Origin: Candidatus Falkowbacteria bacterium
GTDB taxonomy: Bacteria; Patescibacteriota; Patescibacteriia; UBA11705; JABHMO01
Reading direction: 5' to 3'
Assembly (NCBI GenBank): GCA_018674305.1
Contig: JABHAL010000004.1
Location: forward strand, 256,446-320,445
DNA: 64,000 bases
Part shown: positions 21,427-30,243 of the stretch, piece by piece
Layout of the letters: the number at the start of each line of letters is the position of its first letter
Numbering within the stretch: position 1 is the stretch's first letter
Position numbers and translations under genes: made by a program
Notes under the pieces: generated by a model
Database searches by the model: none
Told to the model about the DNA's origin: nothing
What the model saw: the letters and a program-made list of their open reading frames with translations, nothing else

Positions 21427-22437
21427 ATGGAAAAATTTTATCGTTCAATTTTGACTAATGCTTGGAAAATAAACTTGAGAAACAAGTGGTTGTGGTTACT
21501 TGGTTTGTTTGCCGCTATAATTGGGAATGGCAGTGTTTATGAAGCTTTGCTTCGTGGGTTTAATAATATTTCAGAAGGTCGCTCAGTGTTTTTTACATTT
21601 CGTGAGTATGTGGAATCTGGAGTATTTGGCATGTTTTCTTGGGCCAAGTTGTCAGCCTTGTGGCAGACAGATCCTTCAGCTTTTGGCATGAGTATGTTCT
21701 ATATGATAGTAATGATTTGCTTGATAGCAATTCTAATCACTATTGGAGTGATTGGACAAGGTGCATTGATCGCTGGAGTTATTGGTATTGATCAAAATAA
21801 AAAAGTAAAGCTGAAAAATGCGTTTCATGTTGGTGTTGAAAAATTCTGGCCGATTCTTGAATTAAATGTGATCACTAAAGTGTTTTTATTAGGGATTCTG
21901 ATATTCTTGGCTTATTTAGCTTCGTTAATTGTGTTTGCATCTTCAGCGTTTAATATTTTCATTTATGTTTTGTCATTTATAGTTTTTGTGATTTTGGGAA
22001 TAATCATTTATTTCCTAACTATTTATGGTACAGCTTATATTATTTTGCGAAATCAGGGACCATGGGGAGGCCTTAAAAATGCTTGGAAATTATTTACTAG
22101 GAATGTAATGTTGAATTTGGAAATGGGATTCTTGCTATTTATTTTGAATATTGTTGTTGGAATTTTGTTTTTCATTGCCAACTTCATAGTTATTTCTCCA
22201 ATTTTTGTCATTTATGTTTTATTCCTGTTTACTGGCGCAAAAATTATACCTGCAGTTTTAATGATAGTTATGATTTTAGTTTTTATTGCTGTTATGTTGG
22301 TTGTGGGATCTTGGTGGAGTTCTTTCCAATTAGGAACTTGGGCCTTGTTGTTTGAAAAATTGGACTCTTCTAATGCAAAGTCCAAGATTCAACGCTGGTT
22401 TGAAAACGTTAAAGGCCGAAAGAAAAAACGAAAATAA
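21427..22437 (+). CDS. Multi-pass membrane protein
   Basis: 336 aa with about 6-7 hydrophobic segments; AWKI..RNKWLWLLGLFAA N-terminus. Confidence 0.8.
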   Translation: MEKFYRSILTNAWKINLRNKWLWLLGLFAAIIGNGSVYEALLRGFNNISEGRSVFFTFREYVESGVFGMFSWAKLSALWQTDPSAFGMSMFYMIVMICLIAILITIGVIGQGALIAGVIGIDQNKKVKLKNAFHVGVEKFWPILELNVITKVFLLGILIFLAYLASLIVFASSAFNIFIYVLSFIVFVILGIIIYFLTIYGTAYIILRNQGPWGGLKNAWKLFTRNVMLNLEMGFLLFILNIVVGILFFIANFIVISPIFVIYVLFLFTGAKIIPAVLMIVMILVFIAVMLVVGSWWSSFQLGTWALLFEKLDSSNAKSKIQRWFENVKGRKKKRK

Positions 22438-22586
22438 ACTTATGTTCATTTAGCCTCCACACTGGGAGGGGATCATAGGGAGCATTCTGTTCCCAAAAAC
22501 AAAAACAAAAAACAAGACTGCCGCAAAACAAGGGCAGTTTTGTTTTTTAAAACTAAAAAATTCCTGAAGGAATTCTTTTTAGTTGT

Positions 22587-23723
22587 TTATTTTTTTACAA
22601 TTTTATAAATGTTCCGAATTACCTGTTGTCCTGGTCGAGAATATTGCCATTGATTTTCAAGTACTAAGCCTTTTGGTAATATGTTTCCTAGATGTATCGG
22701 GTATTGATTTTTAAGCATTTGAAACATGGGGATGATTATAACTATTGTTCCATTTTTAACTAAAACTTTTTTTAACGAATTAAAAGTTTTTGCATATAGG
22801 TTAGTTAAATCTTCGACTATGCTTTGCATTTTTTCTGGTGATTCACCACCGCGGAGAGGTGGACCAAGATAGGGCTCAGTTACAACTGCCTGAATTGATT
22901 CAGGTTTAATTACTCTATCTAGGGTTACAACGTTTTCTTGTTTAATAGTAGCGGTGACAGTTTGTTCTATTTGATCGGCTAGCCAATCAAGATTTTCCTT
23001 GGAATCAGAAATAGCCTTTTTGCTGGCATCAGTACCCGTTACTTTCTGATAATCTGAAAGTAAAGCCTGCTGTAGAACCGTACCAGAGCCACAAAATGGG
23101 TCCAGTAAGGCTTCATCCTTGCCAATCTGGGATAGATTGATCATAATTTGCGCTAGCTTAGGAGGGATCATCCCTGATCGGTCGTCTCTTGCTGGGCGGC
23201 CATAGTCCAATTGAGAATAAAGTTCAAATGGTTGCACCGCCAGAGTTTGACCTAAATAAAAATGGTTTTTATGTTTGAGTAAAACAAGTTCAGTGCCTTG
23301 CTTGTTCAAAATATTTTTTTTCACAATGACTGAACTTAGTGGTTGTTCTTTCCCAGTTACAAAACGAACCTTATGACCGTCTTCTTTTAGTAGCCTTTTG
23401 ATTTGTATTCCAAGTTTATTTGGATCTAGGTTATTATTGTAAACGCTGATGCCAAAGTTTATTTTTTTATCATCAATTTCAATTTCCTTAACCAATGCTT
23501 GAGGGGTTGGTTGGCCGATCTGTTCGATAACTTTCCCAAGTTTAATTGTCCCACCAAGTTGATTGATAAATTCTATTCCATTTAAATCATGTTCAATTTC
23601 TAGAATCAAAAAAGTAGCTTCGCTAGCCGTTTGACTGTAGGAAATTTTTTGTTTTTCTAAAACACTTTGAATCTCAGATTTAGATAATTCTGGATGATTA
23701 CCCAGAATAAAAAAGTATTCCAT
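22587..23723 (-). CDS. Trm11/TrmG10-like SAM-dependent RNA methyltransferase
   Basis: MIPPKLAQIMINL, LDPFCGSGT (SAM binding), VVTEPYLG (NPPY-like). Confidence 0.75.
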   Translation of the reverse strand: MEYFFILGNHPELSKSEIQSVLEKQKISYSQTASEATFLILEIEHDLNGIEFINQLGGTIKLGKVIEQIGQPTPQALVKEIEIDDKKINFGISVYNNNLDPNKLGIQIKRLLKEDGHKVRFVTGKEQPLSSVIVKKNILNKQGTELVLLKHKNHFYLGQTLAVQPFELYSQLDYGRPARDDRSGMIPPKLAQIMINLSQIGKDEALLDPFCGSGTVLQQALLSDYQKVTGTDASKKAISDSKENLDWLADQIEQTVTATIKQENVVTLDRVIKPESIQAVVTEPYLGPPLRGGESPEKMQSIVEDLTNLYAKTFNSLKKVLVKNGTIVIIIPMFQMLKNQYPIHLGNILPKGLVLENQWQYSRPGQQVIRNIYKIVKK

Positions 23724-23837
23724 GGTTTTTAGTTAAAAGTATAAAAGTAAAAGGTAAAAGTATTTGATAAGGCACTCATTACAATATAATAATACTGTAA
23801 ATTTTTACCTTTGGACTTTTACCTTCTTTGCATTATA

Positions 23838-23922
23838 ACAAAAATAAAAGGCTGTGTCAGTTTGCTCTACTAATAATGAGGAGAGAGATTGTTACAAGTA
23901 GAGCTTATTCCACAACCCTTCC
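23838..23922 (-). ncRNA. Candidate small RNA of about 85 nt with CU-rich apical loop
   Basis: Minus-strand promoter TTGACA(23955-23950), 17 bp, TAAGAT(23932-23927). Stems AAGGGUUGUG/CACAGCCUUU and GCUCUACU/AGUAGAGC, loop CUCUCUCCUC, 3' U-tract. Confidence 0.45.
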
Positions 23923-24090
23923 GCACATCTTAGTATATTTGTAAATATTTGTCAAGAGCTTGCTACAAGATGAAGTGAATTTTGTTTATAGATAGTAACA
24001 TTGACTATTTTTAGCAGATTTGCTAGAATGTAATTACATTTAGCCAATAATCCGCATTATCCGCGTTAGATTAGCGGAATCTGTGTTTAT

Positions 24091-26076
24091 ATGAATATTA
24101 CCGAGCTGGCCAGAAAATTAAAAGTCAATACTCAAGAACTCAGGGATAAATTACCAGAGATTGGTTTTGATATTGGTCAAAAGGCAATTAAGGTAGATGA
24201 TAAATTAGCATCTAGAATAATTCGATCTTGGCGTGAATTTCAGGACAGGGTAAGACAGAAAGATGCTTATGAGGCTATTACTAATAAAGATGAACAAGGC
24301 AAAGTAATATTAGACAAAAAAGTTGAAATTCCAGGTGTCTTAACAGTTAGAGATTTTGCTGAATTATTGAAATTACCAGTAACGATTGTTATTCAGGAAT
24401 TGATGAAAAATGGAGTAATGGCATCTTTGAATCAACGAATTGATTTTGATACAGCAGCAATTGTGGCAGCTGATTTAGGTTATGAATCATCAGAGATTAA
24501 TGCAGAAGAAAAAACTGAATTAGATAAAGCTCAGAAAGTTTCTGATAAATTAACAGCTGAAAAAGAAGAGGATCTAAAACATCGAGCACCAATTGTAGTT
24601 ATCATGGGGCATGTTGATCACGGTAAAACCAAATTATTGGATGCAATTCGATCAACTGACGTGGTTGCTGGTGAAGCTGGTGGGATTACTCAGCACATTG
24701 GTGCATATCAGGTTGAGAAAAAGGGTCGTATGATCACTTTTATAGATACTCCAGGACATGAAGCTTTTACTGCGATGCGTTCACGTGGTGCAAAGGTGGC
24801 AGATATTGCCGTTTTAGTTGTGGCTGCCAATGAGGGTGTTAAACCGCAAACAGTTGAAGCTCTAAAGATTGCTCAAGAAGCAAAAATTCCAATTTTGGTA
24901 GCTGTAAATAAAATTGATTTGCCTGATGCCAATCCAGATAAAGTAAAACAAGAATTAGGTAATTATAATCTAGTGGCAGAAGAATGGGGAGGTAAGACCG
25001 CCTTTATTGCAATTTCTGCAAAGTTTAATAAAAATATTGATGCTATTTTGGACCATTTGATTTTAATGGCGGACATGGAAGAAGCAACATTGCGTGCCAA
25101 TCCAGACGGTGATTTTGTTGGTAGTATCATTGAGTCGCATGTAAATCCAGGAGCAGGTCCTGTAGCTACGGTATTGGTTCGTAACGGCACATTGAAAGTA
25201 GGTGATCATCTAGTTATTGATGGTGTGTTGTATGGTAAGGTTAAAGTATTGAGAGATTATCATGGAAAAGAAATCGAAGATGCTAAGCTTTCCGTACCAG
25301 CTGAAATTTTAGGATTCAAGATTGCCCCAAAGGTTGGTGATGTCTTAGAAGTGACCGATGATCCAAAATCAGCAGCAAAAGCCAAGTCATATAAAATGCA
25401 AAAAGAAGAAACTTTCATTAAACATTCAGCTGAAGATACTGAAAGTAGTGATGATTCAAAAATTACACAAATAAACTTAATTCTTAGAGCCGATGTACTT
25501 GGATCACAGGAAGCAGTTATCGAATCATTAACTAAAATTCAAAATGCAGATATTAAAATTAAATTTGTTTCTAAGGGATTGGGAAATATAACAGAGAGTG
25601 ATGTTCAGAGTGCAGAAGCAACTGGCTCATTGATTTTAGGATTCAATGTTATGCCTTCAACAGCAGCTACTGATTTAGCAAAAGAAAGTAAGGTTGAAAT
25701 TGAAACCTTTAAAATAATTTATGAATTAATTGATGAGGTCAAAAAAAGACTGAAAGAATTAATCAAACCGGAAGTAGTTCGACGTGATTTAGGAAAATTA
25801 GAAGTAATAGAGATATTCAAGAAAGCTGATAAGATGCAGGTTGTTGGCGGAAAAGTTATTTCTGGAAAAGTTGAATCAAATTCAAAGGTTGCAGTTTTAC
25901 GTGGTGAGGAATTTATAACTTCAGGTAAGGTGACTCAATTGCAAGCTGGAAAACAAGAAGTTAAGGATTGTGTTAAGGGTCAAGAATGTGGCATTAGCTT
26001 TGAAGGTCAGCCTTTAATTGAAAAAGGTGATATTTTGGATATTTATCAAGAAGAAGAAGTTTTTAAATCGTTATAG
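24091..26076 (+). CDS. infB: Translation initiation factor IF-2
   Basis: [34 protein letters not shown]. Confidence 0.97.
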   Translation: MNITELARKLKVNTQELRDKLPEIGFDIGQKAIKVDDKLASRIIRSWREFQDRVRQKDAYEAITNKDEQGKVILDKKVEIPGVLTVRDFAELLKLPVTIVIQELMKNGVMASLNQRIDFDTAAIVAADLGYESSEINAEEKTELDKAQKVSDKLTAEKEEDLKHRAPIVVIMGHVDHGKTKLLDAIRSTDVVAGEAGGITQHIGAYQVEKKGRMITFIDTPGHEAFTAMRSRGAKVADIAVLVVAANEGVKPQTVEALKIAQEAKIPILVAVNKIDLPDANPDKVKQELGNYNLVAEEWGGKTAFIAISAKFNKNIDAILDHLILMADMEEATLRANPDGDFVGSIIESHVNPGAGPVATVLVRNGTLKVGDHLVIDGVLYGKVKVLRDYHGKEIEDAKLSVPAEILGFKIAPKVGDVLEVTDDPKSAAKAKSYKMQKEETFIKHSAEDTESSDDSKITQINLILRADVLGSQEAVIESLTKIQNADIKIKFVSKGLGNITESDVQSAEATGSLILGFNVMPSTAATDLAKESKVEIETFKIIYELIDEVKKRLKELIKPEVVRRDLGKLEVIEIFKKADKMQVVGGKVISGKVESNSKVAVLRGEEFITSGKVTQLQAGKQEVKDCVKGQECGISFEGQPLIEKGDILDIYQEEEVFKSL

Positions 26077-26106
26077 TAAATAGTAAATAGTAAACCCTAA
26101 CCAAGA

Positions 26107-26240
26107 GGTTTTTTTTGTTACTCCTGATTAATCACTCCCCTCCGTCATTCCGGGCCGTGACCCGGAATCTGTGTGATGATTCATGAGATCCCGGATCAAG
26201 TCCGGGACGACAAGTGAGGGCGCGGGTTTTTTTGTTACTC
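26107..26240. repeat. GC-rich palindromic REP/MITE-like element flanked by a direct repeat of about 16 bp
   Basis: gtcattccgggccgtgacccggaatc ... gatcccggatcaagtccgggacgac, with ggT(7-8)gttactc on both sides (26107-26123, 26225-26240). Confidence 0.7.
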
Positions 26241-26314
26241 TTGACAAAATTAAAGTGTTTTGGTAAAGTCTTTTATTGATAAGGACCTTTAAATGGACAC
26301 AGGGAGGATGTGAA

Positions 26315-27065
26315 ATGTCTAATCCTACAGATACAGGTACAATTAATTGGTATGAATTGTATCAGCAAACTGAAAGACTGATGAAAAAGACTAGTTCTAA
26401 GCTTAAAGAAGCTGATGACTTGATTGGCTCTATGAGAGTCAAGGAAGATGAATTACTGGCAGAAATTGAGCAATTGAAGGAGAAACTGGATGAGTTTCAA
26501 ACAGATCAGCTAACTGATTTGATGCCATCCAAATTGTTCAATAAAATTTTAGAGAAGTATTTCTTACAAGCGCAACGAAGTCTTCAAAGTGTAACCAATA
26601 GTTTGGGGAAAGCTCCGGGGAAGTCGTTAACAATTTTAGTTATTGATGTTGATCGATTCTCAATGATCAATGATCAATGATCAGTATGGAAGTGATTTTG
26701 GCGATCTGATTTTGCAATTCGTGGCAATGGTTATTAGTAAAAAGATTCGTGGATGTGACATTGTTACCAGAAAAGGTCAACAGTTCCGGGTAGCGCTGAT
26801 TGATTGTGATGCAAAAGCTGGTATTATGAAAGCGCAGGAAATTTCTAAGAGAATAAATCGTCAGGCTTTCGGTAGTGGGCAGGACGACGAGGTCAAAATT
26901 GCTGTTACCATCGGGATCGCTACTTATGATCATAATATGACTTTACCGCAACTGCGTGAAAAAGCATTTTGTGCAATGAAGCATGGCAAGGATGCAGGTT
27001 GTAGGAATTGTGTGTCTGTATATGGGAAGAGTGGAGACTATCAAATTGTCTTCAAGCCTAGCTAA
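26315..27065 (+). pseudogene. Coiled-coil plus degenerate GGDEF-domain protein, frameshifted by a 7-bp duplication
   Basis: TDQLTDL, VIDVDRFSMIND|QYGSDFGD, VTIGIA, AM..GK.AG.N. (TCAATGA)x3 at 26660-26680 splits the frame; deleting one unit gives a 247-aa ORF. Confidence 0.8.
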
Positions 27066-27320
27066 TTAAATGACCCAACCCGGAAAAATTTCCGGGTTTT
27101 TTATTTCTCACAACTGTTCTTGACAAATAATTTTAAGATGATAAAATTGTATTACAATGTAATACACTGCCATGCGTGAAGGAATTACCAATAATCAATA
27201 ATCAAATCCTAAACAATTACCTAAATAAAAATAACCAAACTATAAATATTTTGAGAGTTGTGAATTGAATATTATAATTTGTTTATTATTTGGTGGTTGT
27301 GATTTGGTCATTATATAGTT

Positions 27321-27461
27321 ATGCGATGTGTTGTAACCATTTCTTTGCCAGAAGAGATGTGCAAAGAAGTAGCAAAACAAATGAAAAAACATAAGTTTGT
27401 GTCTAAAAGTGAATTCATGCGACATGTTCTTCGTTTTTGGTTAGAGAATAATGGTAAATAG
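27321..27461 (+). CDS. Ribbon-helix-helix (CopG-like) protein, 46 aa, not in the ORF track
   Basis: MRCVVTISLPEEMCKEVAKQMKKHKFVSKSEFMRHVLRFWLENNGK with the typical TISLP...SKSEFxR pattern. Confidence 0.75.
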   Translation: MRCVVTISLPEEMCKEVAKQMKKHKFVSKSEFMRHVLRFWLENNGK

Positions 27462-27585
27462 GTACTGATAATACTAATTTACTGATGTGAAAAAATAGAG
27501 TTAAAAATTATTTTGTATTGATGTTGGTGATTACTATTTAAATTTATTTATCAGTATATCAGTAACAATCAGTAATCAATTTCAT

Positions 27586-27903
27586 ATGGAATTAAAAGAC
27601 AACAACTTTGAACAAGAAGTTCTTAAGTACGAAGAGGGGCCAGTGTTAGTAGATTTCCATGCACCTTGGTGTGGACCGTGTCAAATGCAAGGTCCAATCA
27701 TTGAAGAGCTATCCAAGGAAATGCAGGACACTAAAGCAAAGGTATTTAAATTAAATGTTGACGAGAGCAATCAAACCGCTCAAAAGTATGGCGTAATGAG
27801 TATTCCAACATTGATTATTTTTGTTAAAGGGGAACCGAAGGAAACCATGAATGGTTTACAAAATAAAGATGTTCTAAAAGAAAAATTACAAGCGTTAATG
27901 TAA
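27586..27903 (+). CDS. trxA: Thioredoxin
   Basis: VDFHAPWCGPC, SIPTL. Confidence 0.95.
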   Translation: MELKDNNFEQEVLKYEEGPVLVDFHAPWCGPCQMQGPIIEELSKEMQDTKAKVFKLNVDESNQTAQKYGVMSIPTLIIFVKGEPKETMNGLQNKDVLKEKLQALM

Positions 27904-28032
27904 TTTAAATCCTAATATCTAAATCCTAAATCCTAAACAAATTAAAATTTTCAAAATGCAAATATGGAGATGAATTTAGTGATTTTGAGTTTTGGGCCTT
28001 GTTTAGAGTTTAGCGATTAGAATTTAGAGTTT

Positions 28033-29001
28033 ATGAATAAATATGATGTCATTATAATCGGTGGTGCTTGTGCCGGATTGTCCGCGGCGGTTTACACCGC
28101 TCGACGTGAATTAAAAACTGTGGTTTTAACTAAAGATGTAGGTGGCCAGTTAGCTATTACTACTGAAGTTGAAAACTACCCAGGAACTTTGTCAATCAAA
28201 GGACCTGAATTAGCTATGAAATTCAAAGAACATGCTGAAAAGTCTGGAGCAGAAATTAAATTTGCTGAAGTTACAGAGATTCAAAAAAAGGAATCTGGCT
28301 ATGTTGTTAAAACCAAGGAGGAAGAGTATGAAGCCCCAGTGGTTATACTCGCTTTTGGCTTAAAACAGCGCCTGCTGGGTGTTCCAGGTGAAAAGGAATT
28401 AACTGGTAGAGGTGTGGCTTATTGTGCTACCTGTGATGGCCCGTTATTCAAAGGAAAAAGGGTTGCAGTTGCTGGTGGTGGTAATTCTGCTTTTGATGCA
28501 GCGGACTATTTAGCAGATTTGGCAGAAAAAGTTTATATGTTTATTCGCCGAGACGTGTATCGAGCTGAGGACACTTTAATTGAGGCAGTCAAAGCAAGAG
28601 ATAATGTTGAAATTATAGATTTTATAGAAGTTGAAGAATTTATTGGTGCTCATAAATTAGAAAAAGTGAAATTGATGAATAATGAAACCAAGGAAAAAAG
28701 CGAACTTGAACTGGAGGGTGTTTTTATTGAAATTGGCTGGGAAAGTCAAGTTAAACAAATTAAAGGACTATCTGAATTGGTTGAAGTTAGCGAACGTGGC
28801 TTTGTTGTTGTTGATAATGAAGGCAAAACAAAAGCTGACGGAATATTTGCTGCCGGAGATGTTACCGATACTCCATTCAAACAGGCTGTAATTTCAGCGG
28901 GTGACGGCGCCAAGGCAGCTATGGGCGCAGCAGTATACATTCAACGCTCAAGAGGGAGAGAGATTGGAGATGTTTTGAGTGATAGAGCTAAGCGAAAGTA
29001 A
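28033..29001 (+). CDS. trxB: Thioredoxin reductase
   Basis: IIGGACAGLSAA, YCATCDG, GGGNSA, FAAGD; adjacent to trxA. Confidence 0.92.
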   Translation: MNKYDVIIIGGACAGLSAAVYTARRELKTVVLTKDVGGQLAITTEVENYPGTLSIKGPELAMKFKEHAEKSGAEIKFAEVTEIQKKESGYVVKTKEEEYEAPVVILAFGLKQRLLGVPGEKELTGRGVAYCATCDGPLFKGKRVAVAGGGNSAFDAADYLADLAEKVYMFIRRDVYRAEDTLIEAVKARDNVEIIDFIEVEEFIGAHKLEKVKLMNNETKEKSELELEGVFIEIGWESQVKQIKGLSELVEVSERGFVVVDNEGKTKADGIFAAGDVTDTPFKQAVISAGDGAKAAMGAAVYIQRSRGREIGDVLSDRAKRK

Positions 29002-29011
29002 ATAATGAATT

Positions 29012-29596
29012 ATGCAAGAATCAATTAAACCACAAGAAAGCCTAAAACAAAGTTTACAAAAAATTTCCCAAACTTTTAAAGATGATTTACACCAGCTTGG
29101 TCTTGGTGAGGTTGAAGGTGAAGAGTCACGTGATTTTGATTTTGAAAATTACGGGTTAAAGTTCGAACAATCCGAAGTTGAACGAGGGGAATTTAAATTT
29201 GAATATGATTTAATGCAACTGCAAGAAATGATTAAAGAATTAGAAGTGACTTTAAAAGTTGGAGGAGAAGAAGCTTGGCAAATGACTTATCGAGAAGGTG
29301 GACGTTTTTTGGCTGCTTGTTTTGCAGGTTTGGAATATCTTGAAGATCCGAAAGAAGCTTTTGCTACCTTGGTTTTTCGTTTAACAAAAAATCATCCTTG
29401 TGAGGATGGCAATAAACGAATTAGTTCAGTGATGTTTGTTCTTGGCTTGCTAGAAAATGGTATGCAAATTGAAGAAATTAAACAAAATATTGACCTTGAA
29501 GAGTTCGGGATGGTTATGAGCCAAATTGAAAGTGAAAAAGGCGATGAAGTTCGTGAAAAAATAAACAAGTTTCTGGCAGGTTTAGGGTATAAATAA
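29012..29596 (+). CDS. Fic/Doc-family protein with variant motif
   Basis: LTKNHPCEDGNKRIS matches the Doc-type HxFxDGNKR motif with F replaced by C. Confidence 0.7.
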   Translation: MQESIKPQESLKQSLQKISQTFKDDLHQLGLGEVEGEESRDFDFENYGLKFEQSEVERGEFKFEYDLMQLQEMIKELEVTLKVGGEEAWQMTYREGGRFLAACFAGLEYLEDPKEAFATLVFRLTKNHPCEDGNKRISSVMFVLGLLENGMQIEEIKQNIDLEEFGMVMSQIESEKGDEVREKINKFLAGLGYK

Positions 29597-29632
29597 TAAA
29601 AGTCACTAATTGATAGTGACTTTGTATTTTGT

Positions 29633-30178
29633 TTAACTATAGACGTGAATTGAATCTCTATCCTCTCCCATATAAGCACCACAGATTGTACAGTGGAGAT
29701 TTGACCCGCTATGCCCTGAAAGTGGCATCTCTCCAATAGTGTTTTCGTAACGAGATTCTGGTGAGCCAGGAACAATACCACAAGTACTGCATTTATAAAA
29801 TGGGGGAGCAAAGATTGTGTGATTTGTTCCAGTTCTTTCTTGTAGCTTTCTAAGTGATTTTTCAACTGCAAGGTTTGCTTCTGTGTCGTCAGGTTTTTTA
29901 GACTGCATTATGGTGACCATTTGATGGGTCATAATGAGAATATCATGCAGTGCTTTTTTCCCCTTGGAAACATAGATTTCTTTTTCTGGTATAATTTCGT
30001 CGAGATAGTATTTGTTGTCTTGTTGAATAACTTCATGGTTGGGAAATGAGTGTTGCAAAAAGGCAAGGACAGTATCAAAAACTTTACCTTGATCCTTAAG
30101 TAGCCTCATTCTTTCATCATGAATTTGTGCATCAAGCACAGTTCGTTGGAGTTCTAATTCCTCTAATTTATTACCCAT
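29633..30178 (-). CDS. Hypothetical protein with C-terminal CxxC...CxxC zinc ribbon
   Basis: YKCSTCG and LHCTICG; GGAGG SD. Confidence 0.65.
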   Translation of the reverse strand: MGNKLEELELQRTVLDAQIHDERMRLLKDQGKVFDTVLAFLQHSFPNHEVIQQDNKYYLDEIIPEKEIYVSKGKKALHDILIMTHQMVTIMQSKKPDDTEANLAVEKSLRKLQERTGTNHTIFAPPFYKCSTCGIVPGSPESRYENTIGEMPLSGHSGSNLHCTICGAYMGEDRDSIHVYS

Positions 30179-30243
30179 TATAAACCTCCGTGTTTCAAAG
30201 AAATAATGAACATTGTTAATAAAATTATCATATTTTAAAATTT

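Noticed and set aside
27240-27425. 61-aa minus-strand ORF
   Set aside because: It overlaps the recognisable plus-strand RHH gene and a heptamer array.
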